DNA of 64,000 bases, taken from IMG/VR virus record IMGVR_UViG_3300044633_000899, positions 232,331 through 296,330 of that record. One strand, 5' to 3'. The notes under the pieces were generated by a model. It was given only the letters and a program-made list of their open reading frames with translations. It did not search any database and was not told where the DNA came from. Shown one piece after another: positions 19,128 through 28,469 of this stretch (within the stretch, counting starts at the first letter, position 1; each line of letters begins with the position of its first letter). Position numbers and translations under genes: made by a program.

Positions 19128-19922
19128 ATGATAGACGAGAAGCCAAACCCAACTATGAAATATTACGCATTTGATTGGGATGATAATATTATGTTTATGC
19201 CAACAAAGATTTATCTTAAAGATGAAGATGGAAATAGTGTTGGTATGTCAACAGAGGACTTTGCTGAACACAGGACTGAAATTGGTGTAACACCTTTTAA
19301 GTGTGGTGATAGTATTATTGTAGGTTTTGATGACAATCCGTTCAGAGACTTTAAAGTTAGTGGTGACGAACACTTCTTACGTGACGCAATGAAAGCAACA
19401 ATAGGTCCAGCGTGGAATGATTTTGTGGAAGCGGTTAATAATGGTTCTGTTTTTGCAATAATAACAGCAAGAGGTCACACACCAGCGGTATTAAAAGAAA
19501 CCATATATCGTTTAATCACATCAAACAAACACGGATTAAAGTCCAATAAACTTATTAAAGTTTTAAAAAAATATAGAGAATTGGCTGATGAGGGTTTACT
19601 TTCCGATGACGAACTAATTAGATCCTATTTAGATTTGTGTAGGTTTCATCCAGTATCATTTGGTGATGGTTCCGCAATAAATCCAGAACAAGGTAAAATT
19701 GACGCTATGGAAATATTTGTTAGATACGTAATGTTGTTATCACATAGACTACAGAAAAAAGCGTTTATGAAAAATAAAATTAGTAACTATTTTACACCAA
19801 ACATCGGGTTCTCAGATGATGACATTAGAAACGTAGATAAAATAAAAACACATTTTAGTAAGAAGAAAGATAATATCTTACAAACTTATTTAACATCAGA
19901 AGGTAATAAGAAAAAGTATTAA
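19128..19922 (+). CDS. HAD-superfamily phosphatase/nucleotidase-like protein
   Basis: YAFDWDD (DxD motif I), IITARGH (motif II), GFSDDD (motif IV). Confidence 0.75.
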   Translation: MIDEKPNPTMKYYAFDWDDNIMFMPTKIYLKDEDGNSVGMSTEDFAEHRTEIGVTPFKCGDSIIVGFDDNPFRDFKVSGDEHFLRDAMKATIGPAWNDFVEAVNNGSVFAIITARGHTPAVLKETIYRLITSNKHGLKSNKLIKVLKKYRELADEGLLSDDELIRSYLDLCRFHPVSFGDGSAINPEQGKIDAMEIFVRYVMLLSHRLQKKAFMKNKISNYFTPNIGFSDDDIRNVDKIKTHFSKKKDNILQTYLTSEGNKKKY

Positions 19923-20030
19923 GTTATTATTAATAATATATGTTATATAATAAATAATATTAATAATTAAGTTATATAAGTTAAGTTATATATAAGTTAT
20001 TAAGTAAGTTATATTAATATATATAATTTC
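19921..20030. repeat. Low-complexity AT-rich tract with six AAGTTA units
   Basis: About 110 bp, almost entirely lacking C; AAGTTA at 19921, 19969, 19978, 19983, 19994, 20006. Confidence 0.75.
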
Positions 20031-20130
20031 AAAATAACTGAAAGTAAATAGAAAAATTTTTATTTGTTAAAATAACCGAGTAAACTATTTAAAATTTCAT
20101 ATTTCATTATTACATTTTTAATAAAAAATT

Positions 20131-20895
20131 ATGGAACAAGATTTAATTACTCACGGTCAAATGGATTTTAATTTACCACACGATGTGGTACCATTACCGT
20201 CTGGTGGTATTTTTTATAAATCAAAAAAGAAAAATGTTAAAGTTGGTTATTTAACCGCATCAGACGAAAACATATTAGTCAATATTGATGGTGCCAAAAC
20301 AATTAAAGAATCAATAATTATTCCGTTATTAAGAAATAAACTTTATGAACGAGAAATTAGACCTGAAGAATTATTGGAGGGTGATGTTGAGGCGATACTA
20401 TTGTTTTTAAGAAATACTTCTTTTGGCCCAGAATATAATATTATTGTTACAGATCCAAAAACAAGTAAACGTTTTGAAACATCAATTATGTTAGATGAAT
20501 TAAATATCGTCAAACCGGTGTTTCAACCAGATGAAAATGGATTGTTTAGTGTTACATTACCAGTTTCAAACACACAAGTAAAACTAAAGTTATTAAGTTT
20601 AACAGACACAATGGAAATTGATAATATTGTTAATTTATACCCAACAGGATATAATGCACCAATAGTTACAACGAGGTTGTCAAAAATGATTGTTGAGTTA
20701 AATGGTAGTACAGATGGTAATCAAATATCAACATTTGTGCAAACAATGCCGATTAGAGACTCAAAATTCATCAGATCGTTTATGAAAGAAAATGAACCTA
20801 AATTAGATCTTAAAAAAACAGTAATAGCCCCGTCTGGAGAAAAAGTTGATGTTGAAATCAACTTTGGGGTGGAATTTTTTCGGCCTTTCTTCTAA
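20131..20895 (+). CDS. Tail/baseplate hub assembly chaperone (gp26-like)
   Basis: VVPLPSGGIFY, LTASDENIL, GDVEAILLFLR, EINFGVEFF motifs; lies just upstream of the tape measure. Confidence 0.7.
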   Translation: MEQDLITHGQMDFNLPHDVVPLPSGGIFYKSKKKNVKVGYLTASDENILVNIDGAKTIKESIIIPLLRNKLYEREIRPEELLEGDVEAILLFLRNTSFGPEYNIIVTDPKTSKRFETSIMLDELNIVKPVFQPDENGLFSVTLPVSNTQVKLKLLSLTDTMEIDNIVNLYPTGYNAPIVTTRLSKMIVELNGSTDGNQISTFVQTMPIRDSKFIRSFMKENEPKLDLKKTVIAPSGEKVDVEINFGVEFFRPFF

Positions 20896-21043
20896 GTACT
20901 CACAACATATGTTAGATGAATTTTTCTATTTGTCTAAATCCTTACATATGCAATATAGTGAATTTCTAAAAGTCCCAACTTACGCTCGTAAGTATTTAAT
21001 ACAAAAAATGATTGACGACGTGAACCCAAATAAAATTGGGTGA
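20846..21043 (+). CDS. Small tail-chaperone partner (gp51-like), possibly a frameshift extension of the upstream gene
   Basis: MLDEFFYLSKSLHMQYSEFLKVPTYARKYLI; overlaps the upstream ORF in the +1 frame across GAATTTTTTC. Confidence 0.6.
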   Translation: MMLKSTLGWNFFGLSSKYSQHMLDEFFYLSKSLHMQYSEFLKVPTYARKYLIQKMIDDVNPNKIG

Positions 21044-21069
21044 TAAAGTATTTATAATATAAAATACTA

Positions 21070-22992
21070 ATGGACATTCAAGCCCTTGCTGCAAAAATTT
21101 TTGGTAAGCCGTGGAACACGTTTTCAAAGGAAGAAAAATCATACGCAGAAAAACTCTATAGTGCCGGTCAAAGTTCTGTAACATCATCAGATTCAGGTGG
21201 GACAACTTCAGAGGACGGGCCATTATCACTAGGTGGTGCTTTTAACGAAGGAATAACCTCCGCAGCATTAATAGGTAAATCTATAACTGAAATAGATGGT
21301 CACGTCAACGAACTAATTAACAAGGCCCAACAATTTGGTAATTCAATGGGTATCGGTAGAGCAAGAGCCTCCGAACTGAGAACAACGATTGCCGATACCG
21401 TACCAGAGTTAATGAAACTTGGTGTTACCCAAGATGAAGCATTAAGTAACATTACGGCCATTCCTGCGGCGCTTAAAACAAACACAATCCTTGCTAGTGA
21501 GACCATTGTAGAATTAGGTGCAACAGCTAAACTTACGGATCATAATATTGGTGCATTAGTTACGAGTTTCCAAGGTGTTGGTGTTCAATTGTCTGACGTT
21601 GGTACTCAGATGTCAAAAGCCGCAAGTTATGCAAAAAGTATTGGTGTTAATGTTAAAGAAGTAACAAATGGGGTTGTAACTAATTTAAAAAATCTAAATC
21701 TTTTTAATTTTGAAAATGGAGTCCAAGGATTAGCGAAAATGGTCGCAAACTCTGCAATAATGGGTGTTAATATGGACAAAGTATTAGCTAAAGCGGAAAC
21801 TTTATTAAACCCTGAATCAGCAATTGAATTTTCGTCGGCACTACAACGACTTGGCGTTACATCAAGTGAACTTTTAGACCCGTTAAATGCAATGGATTTA
21901 GCAATGAACAATCCTGAAAGATTGGCTGGTGAGATGACAAAGGTAGCACAACAATTTACAAGATTAAAAGCGGACGGTACTGGATTTGAGATTCTACCAG
22001 GTGCTAAACTTCAGTTAAGAGAAGTTGCTGGTGCTATGGGGATGACTGCGGACGAACTTGCTGGTATGGCAATTAAGTCATCAGAATTTGATATGAAATT
22101 AAAACAGATTAAATTCCCAAGTTTTGCCGCTAGTGAGGAAGACAAAACGTTAATTGCTAATATGTCACAAATGAAAGACGGTAAAGCGGTTATACAAATG
22201 ATGAATGATAAAACTGGTGAAATGGATTCCGTTGACGTTGAAAAATTAACAATAGACCAACTTGAGGAATTACGAAAAGATCAAACAAACCAAAATAAAA
22301 CAGCAGAACAATTAGCGGCAGAACAATTAACGGCACTAGAAACCATCGCATTCAACACTGCAGGTGGTGCTAAAGCCGCAGGTTACGGTGTTGCTAGCAT
22401 GCCAGCTATTCAAAGATTAGCAGACCTTAATTTAGGTACTCGTGAAGCCGCAGCAAAAAACATATACGGGGCACCAAAATCCAGTGGTATAAGAACGGAG
22501 GGTCAAAAATTAACTGGTGGTTTAGAAGAGAGTGTTGTAAAATTAGGAACAGAGGGAATCACATCTAGTTCTGTTAAGGACGTAGCGCAAAGTTTGGTGG
22601 ATATTATGCCCAAACTTACAGATTTGCTTGGAACCATTAAAGACCAAGGCGTGTTAGCACTTAAAAACACTAAAAAGGATATTGTTGAAAACGCACAAAA
22701 AACCTATGCTAATATTGGTGGTGTGTCAGAAGTTAAACCTAGTGTTATGACTAATAATATTGACCCTTCAATTTCTACAGGAAATTTAAACCAAATACAA
22801 ACAAACAATGTTAACTTTGAAAATAGAACAACAGTTGATTTAACAAATTCTGACGGTTCACTAAAAAATTTAACAGAAAGTCAAAAAGATGAAATAGTAA
22901 AAATACTAACGGATAAATTCCAAAACAACGCAGAAATGAAGAAAATTATTTATGATGTTGTCACTAAATATAATCCTAATCAAAACCAGTAA
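21070..22992 (+). CDS. Tape measure protein-like
   Basis: Ala/Leu-rich helical 640-aa protein following the tail chaperones and preceding the baseplate genes. Confidence 0.7.
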   Translation: MDIQALAAKIFGKPWNTFSKEEKSYAEKLYSAGQSSVTSSDSGGTTSEDGPLSLGGAFNEGITSAALIGKSITEIDGHVNELINKAQQFGNSMGIGRARASELRTTIADTVPELMKLGVTQDEALSNITAIPAALKTNTILASETIVELGATAKLTDHNIGALVTSFQGVGVQLSDVGTQMSKAASYAKSIGVNVKEVTNGVVTNLKNLNLFNFENGVQGLAKMVANSAIMGVNMDKVLAKAETLLNPESAIEFSSALQRLGVTSSELLDPLNAMDLAMNNPERLAGEMTKVAQQFTRLKADGTGFEILPGAKLQLREVAGAMGMTADELAGMAIKSSEFDMKLKQIKFPSFAASEEDKTLIANMSQMKDGKAVIQMMNDKTGEMDSVDVEKLTIDQLEELRKDQTNQNKTAEQLAAEQLTALETIAFNTAGGAKAAGYGVASMPAIQRLADLNLGTREAAAKNIYGAPKSSGIRTEGQKLTGGLEESVVKLGTEGITSSSVKDVAQSLVDIMPKLTDLLGTIKDQGVLALKNTKKDIVENAQKTYANIGGVSEVKPSVMTNNIDPSISTGNLNQIQTNNVNFENRTTVDLTNSDGSLKNLTESQKDEIVKILTDKFQNNAEMKKIIYDVVTKYNPNQNQ

Positions 22993-23049
22993 TCAAAAAT
23001 AACATCATAAAAAAACAATAAAAATTGTATTTATTAATAAAATACAAGA

Positions 23050-26000
23050 ATGGCCGAAAGCGTTTTATCATTTGTTAATTCATCAAGTTTTAGAAATCAA
23101 CTAATTTCTAGAAACTTAAAACCATATTCGGTTTCAGGTACGTTTTCCGGGCCAACAACAAACATTAATTACGAAACAAATTTAACTGTTAGTAGTGTTA
23201 TTGATTCCCCAGACACATTAATATCAACAAATACTTTTGCAAATACATTATATCCGTTAAATGAGTTTGGACCTGAAGGTGGGTTCAATGGCAAATATTC
23301 GTTACCAGGAGCACCATATCCTGTAGATTCAAATTCTGGGCCATACAATCCAAACGACACAAATCTTGATTTAATAAATGAATTTTTTATTGATGCGGCA
23401 TATATTCAAAACATATATGGGCCAGAAGGTGGATATAGTGATTTAGTTGTGATAACAGACGTTGTAGGAGGTCCAAAACTATATAAACCATACTGGGATC
23501 CGTCAGCATTTGTTACCTCAACATATAGTACGTATGATTTAGTCTTTAATAATAATCCGACAGGTTCAAACGGACCATTGTCACAAGATACATATTTAGC
23601 GAAGATTGGTGCACAACAATTAAAAAGTGCGTTTGACGAGAGAATTGCCGAACAAGTTAGAAAAAACACAATCGGTCGTATAAATTTGGATTCATTACAA
23701 GATCCATTTAGTGCGTCATTAGTTGCTACTGGTAAAGAACCGTTTATTGAAAAAAATTGGACAATTACACAACCAGAAAACCCAATTGCCGCAGCCGCGT
23801 CTTTCGCGTTAAGAATGTCTGGAACATATTTTCCTGTTTCAACAATTCCTGGTGATTATTTTAATGATACTAATATTCAATCACCATTACTTGAAAAAGC
23901 ACTAAACGTTGGTAACGCTTTAACTGGTGGTTTGTTAGGGCCAATCTTAGATGTTTATAGAAATCCATCTGAAACATTTGTTGCAAACACTGGTAATGGT
24001 CAACGGTCAATTCTATTTTCAACATTAGATTATAATAAATACAGACCAAAATATTCAAGGGGAATACTACAAAGTATAACAACTGGTATTGATCGTTTAT
24101 TAGATTCTGACAAACCAAATACTGGTGGGTATTACGTTGGAAGTCCGAACGCGGAACCATCACAAATAAGTTCCCCAGCAAACCAAATTCCAATTGGTCC
24201 TAACGGAAGACAAATAAACACAATTGTTTATGGTCCACAAGAGTTGGGTATACTATATGAAGGTAATGAAAACAGAATAGTAAACGGCCTAAAAGGTAAA
24301 TCACTTAATGATGGTGGTGGTATTTCAGGACAATTTGTTTGGACATCACCCAAATACAAAGATAATGCAGGATTTAAACAAGGTGTTGGTGGTAAAACAA
24401 CAACATTAGATGTTGGTTTTGAATCAATTAGTGCCGACTACGAACGATACCAATCAACCGAAATTCCATTTAAAGAGGGGTCAATATTAGACCAAACTCA
24501 AAGATTGATAGATTCGGCGGATAAAGTTACAGGCCAATCAAGATTAAAACACGTCGGAAATGCGATTAATCAAGTATCAAAAGTGTTTAATGATGGTTAT
24601 AAAGAATTAACAAAAGGTTCTCAAGTTTTATCATATAAAAATGATTCAGATGGTACTGAAGAAGGGCTTGAATATTGTCGTGTATTCACTAAAGACACAC
24701 CATATTACACATATGGTGATTTACAAAAAACAGATGGTATTACAGAAGAAGGTCGTAAGTTTTCTCACTCTGTGTTTGATAAAACATACAATTTAAATAT
24801 TGCACCATTAAAAATACCAGGATCAACAAATATTGTTGATAATAAAGTAAAAAAATATATGTTCTCAATTGAGAATTTGGCTTGGAGAACATCCGACAGA
24901 CCAGGGTATACGTATGATGACTTACCTGTTTGTGAAAGAGGTGCGAATGGTGGTCGTGTAATGTGGTTTCCACCATATGATTTAACTTTTTCAGACGAAA
25001 GTTCACCAACATTTAACCAAACATCGTTTTTGGGTAGACCAGAACCGATATATACATACAAAAACACAACAAGAAAGGGTTCCATTAGTTGGAAAATAAT
25101 TGTGGATCATCCAGCAGTTATGAATACAATCGTTCAAAAACAATTAAAAAATGTTGACCCAATAAAATTAAACTCAATGATGGACTCGTTTTTTGCGGGT
25201 TGTTTAAAATATGATTTATATGAGTTGGGGATTAAATTTAACACAATACCAACTAAAGATTTATTTACTTACCAACAAATATTAAATAACCCTAGATTAA
25301 CATCCGAAGAATTGGGTCAAGTGGCGTTAGAATTACCAAAAGACCAACAATCTGGCGGTGGAACTAAAGGTGACGCAAACGCAGTTGTTGATAATACACC
25401 TCAAGTTGCCGAAACAAAAGAAGACACCTCAAATGAATTACAATCTGTTGACTTAACTAAATTTGTTGGTTATGGATTTTATTTTGACAACGATTGTCCG
25501 GAATGTAAAAATAGTACATCAATTACTGCTAGTCAACCATATGATTCGTGGTATTCTCAATATGTTGGTAGAGAATCGGTATATCAATCTACAGCACCAA
25601 TAAAGGTTTATATTGACAACGGAACAACAGAATTTTCTAAAGATGGTATTGGTGAATTTTTTACACAAGTTGTAAAAGGAAATTATGATGTTATTAATAA
25701 TGATTTAATAAAACAACTTGGTGATATTTTATCAAAAGGTGGTAATGTTACAATTGATTTACAAGGATCCGCTTCAGCGGTTGCTTCAACAGGATATAAT
25801 GAAAAATTATCAAAACGAAGAATTGACTCGGTAAAAAAATGGTTAAAAACAAAACAAGATGTGAATGGTGTTTCTTTTAACGATTATATCACTAATAATA
25901 AAATAAAAATTACTGAAGATCCCAGAGGTGAAGAAATTTCAATACCAAAAACAAGCACAAAGGACAGTGAAACACAAACAGTTGTTAACACAGACAATAC

Positions 26001-28143
26001 ACAAGGTATATTATCAACAAATGTAAATTGTAACTCAAACGTACAAGAAAAAGTAGGAAATACGTTTAAAACAACAGTAAACGCTGAGATTTACTCAATA
26101 CCCGCGATGGCATGTAGACGTGTTGTTATTAAAAATATTACAGCGCAACAACCACCAGAAAAAACACCAGATGTGGTTGGTGGTGGTAGTCAAACTACAA
26201 CAACAACAACAATAAATGTTGCGGAGGTTAAAACAAAAGTTAGTGATACTATTAAACCAACACCAAACACAACAATTGAACAAAAGATAAAAGATGGTAT
26301 ATCTAAAAAAGTATTACGCCATTTATTTTCAGAATGTGATTATTTTGAGGTTATTAAAGAAAGTGACCCAATGGTTTATCAATCAATTAAGGATAAAATA
26401 AAACATTTTAATCCAGCGTTTCACTCAATGACACCAGAAGGTTTAAATTCACGTTTAACGTTTTTAAATCAATGTGTTAGACCAGGACAAACAATTCCAA
26501 TCATTGGTGCTGACGGTAGACCAAAATATAATGACGCATTAAACACATCATTTGGTGCACCACCAATTTTAGTTTTAAGGGTTGGTGACTTTTACCATAG
26601 TAAGATAGTACCAAATAGTTTATCGTTTTCTTATGATGATGCGAAATACGATTTAAATCCTGAAGGTATTGGTGTACAACCAATGATTGTTAAAGTATCA
26701 ATGAGTTTTGATTTTATTGGTGGTCACGGTTTAAAAGAACCTGTTGAAGAATTACAAAATGCACTATCATTTAATTTTTATGCAAATACTGAGATTTATG
26801 ACGAGAGAGCAACAGCAACAGAAGATGTTAGTGAGAGAGATAAATATGTTGTTGAAAAAATATTATCAAATCAACCACCAGTAAAAATAAATCAAGTACA
26901 AAACCAAATACCAAAAAGGGGTGGTAGTACAATTGGGAATATAGTTAGCGCTACTGAAATAGATTATACAAGTAGTTTAAACAATTTCTGGAAAAAAACT
27001 GTTGAGTACATTGATTCGGTTATTGATACAACAAACACGTTGGTTAAAACAACCAATATTGGTATTGTGTATTCATTATTTAACGATAGAGATTATACAA
27101 CAGGAACTTATGATGAGTACGGAACAGGTGGAACAATAACAATTTACGGAAAACCAAAAACTATTGAAGAAAAATTAGACAAACTTTACGAACGAGTTTT
27201 AGATGATATATCTAGTGACAACGATAGTAATAGTTTTATGAACCAAATTCAATTAAATTCAAATAACATAACAAAAAAAGACATACGTGAAATTGGTGAT
27301 AGACTTAAAACTTATGTTTCAACAATGAAAGATAGTTTTATTACGAATGTTAGTAACAATGTTAGTAAATTGGTTCTATTACAACAAGATTATGTACAGT
27401 ATGTTAGACAATATAATTTATTGTTAACAAAAACTGATGGGTCTATGAATTCAAATAATATACCGAATATATATAATTTATCTGGTGATAATTTAAATTT
27501 AATAACAAACGTTTATACAACAATAAAAAACAAACATATAGAATTTTTTGATAACCCTAACGGTATTATTAAAGGTGTTAGCAAAACAACTGGTGTGCAA
27601 TTTTATGGATTAACACTAGAACCAACCGTAAATGAAATTAACATCTATGATAATAAAACTTCAACATTTAAAGATGAGGGTTTTCGTGGGGATAGTGGTC
27701 TTGGTGAAATACAAGACGCAAAAGTCGCTTTTGCTTGGGAAACAGCATCTAACCCAGCCGACAATAGATTTTATCAAGTTATGGCACAAGTGTTTAATAA
27801 TACAACATTAACCAACGAATTAACAACACAATTACTAAACAGTAATGTATATAGTGATAAATCAAAGGTTGAGACCGCAATTAACCAAGCGATTACATAT
27901 TGGACAGATAGGAATTTTTATACTGAATATTGTAATAAAAGATTTTCAGATGAAATAAAAAAGGCACAAGAATATACAACATTAATTGAATCACCAATTG
28001 ACGATAGTGTAAAATATGTTGTAGATTACACATTTACAACTGAGGGAACACAAGATCAAAAAACAAGAATTAATAACATTTATTCAACAAATAACATTAA
28101 CACGAAAACAAATACGTTTGATGGTAAAATAAAATTTAATTAA
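23050..28143 (+). CDS. Large baseplate protein with two tube-initiator-like domains and an OmpA-like insertion
   Basis: MWFPPYDLTFSDES...GRPEPIYTYKNTTRKGSISWKIIVDH and PPILVLRVGDFY...PMIVKVSMSFDFIGG; OmpA-like YNEKLSKRRIDSV...RGEE...CRRV between them. Confidence 0.6.
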   Translation: MAESVLSFVNSSSFRNQLISRNLKPYSVSGTFSGPTTNINYETNLTVSSVIDSPDTLISTNTFANTLYPLNEFGPEGGFNGKYSLPGAPYPVDSNSGPYNPNDTNLDLINEFFIDAAYIQNIYGPEGGYSDLVVITDVVGGPKLYKPYWDPSAFVTSTYSTYDLVFNNNPTGSNGPLSQDTYLAKIGAQQLKSAFDERIAEQVRKNTIGRINLDSLQDPFSASLVATGKEPFIEKNWTITQPENPIAAAASFALRMSGTYFPVSTIPGDYFNDTNIQSPLLEKALNVGNALTGGLLGPILDVYRNPSETFVANTGNGQRSILFSTLDYNKYRPKYSRGILQSITTGIDRLLDSDKPNTGGYYVGSPNAEPSQISSPANQIPIGPNGRQINTIVYGPQELGILYEGNENRIVNGLKGKSLNDGGGISGQFVWTSPKYKDNAGFKQGVGGKTTTLDVGFESISADYERYQSTEIPFKEGSILDQTQRLIDSADKVTGQSRLKHVGNAINQVSKVFNDGYKELTKGSQVLSYKNDSDGTEEGLEYCRVFTKDTPYYTYGDLQKTDGITEEGRKFSHSVFDKTYNLNIAPLKIPGSTNIVDNKVKKYMFSIENLAWRTSDRPGYTYDDLPVCERGANGGRVMWFPPYDLTFSDESSPTFNQTSFLGRPEPIYTYKNTTRKGSISWKIIVDHPAVMNTIVQKQLKNVDPIKLNSMMDSFFAGCLKYDLYELGIKFNTIPTKDLFTYQQILNNPRLTSEELGQVALELPKDQQSGGGTKGDANAVVDNTPQVAETKEDTSNELQSVDLTKFVGYGFYFDNDCPECKNSTSITASQPYDSWYSQYVGRESVYQSTAPIKVYIDNGTTEFSKDGIGEFFTQVVKGNYDVINNDLIKQLGDILSKGGNVTIDLQGSASAVASTGYNEKLSKRRIDSVKKWLKTKQDVNGVSFNDYITNNKIKITEDPRGEEISIPKTSTKDSETQTVVNTDNTQGILSTNVNCNSNVQEKVGNTFKTTVNAEIYSIPAMACRRVVIKNITAQQPPEKTPDVVGGGSQTTTTTTINVAEVKTKVSDTIKPTPNTTIEQKIKDGISKKVLRHLFSECDYFEVIKESDPMVYQSIKDKIKHFNPAFHSMTPEGLNSRLTFLNQCVRPGQTIPIIGADGRPKYNDALNTSFGAPPILVLRVGDFYHSKIVPNSLSFSYDDAKYDLNPEGIGVQPMIVKVSMSFDFIGGHGLKEPVEELQNALSFNFYANTEIYDERATATEDVSERDKYVVEKILSNQPPVKINQVQNQIPKRGGSTIGNIVSATEIDYTSSLNNFWKKTVEYIDSVIDTTNTLVKTTNIGIVYSLFNDRDYTTGTYDEYGTGGTITIYGKPKTIEEKLDKLYERVLDDISSDNDSNSFMNQIQLNSNNITKKDIREIGDRLKTYVSTMKDSFITNVSNNVSKLVLLQQDYVQYVRQYNLLLTKTDGSMNSNNIPNIYNLSGDNLNLITNVYTTIKNKHIEFFDNPNGIIKGVSKTTGVQFYGLTLEPTVNEINIYDNKTSTFKDEGFRGDSGLGEIQDAKVAFAWETASNPADNRFYQVMAQVFNNTTLTNELTTQLLNSNVYSDKSKVETAINQAITYWTDRNFYTEYCNKRFSDEIKKAQEYTTLIESPIDDSVKYVVDYTFTTEGTQDQKTRINNIYSTNNINTKTNTFDGKIKFN

Positions 28144-28145
28144 TT

Positions 28146-28469
28146 ATGAATTTACAATATTTTAACCGATATAATCAATTTTTATCAAATGGTGTACAAC
28201 AAGTTGTTCCGTACATTAACCTACCATCAAAAGCGACGGATAAAACGTTTATATACCGTGCCGGACTATCTAGACTAGATAAGATCTCATTTCAATTTTA
28301 TGGAACACCATTCTTTGGGTGGTTAATCCAACAAGCAAACCCCCAATATTCTGGGTCTGAATGGAGCATACCAGACGGTGCTATCTTGACAATTCCATTT
28401 CCTTTACTAACTTCATTACAAGATTACAATAACGAATTAAACAACCACTTCTTCTATTATGGTAGATAA
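28146..28469 (+). CDS. LysM-like baseplate wedge protein (gp53/tail X-like)
   Basis: RLDKISFQFYGTPFFGWLIQQANP...IPDGAILTIPF. Confidence 0.75.
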   Translation: MNLQYFNRYNQFLSNGVQQVVPYINLPSKATDKTFIYRAGLSRLDKISFQFYGTPFFGWLIQQANPQYSGSEWSIPDGAILTIPFPLLTSLQDYNNELNNHFFYYGR

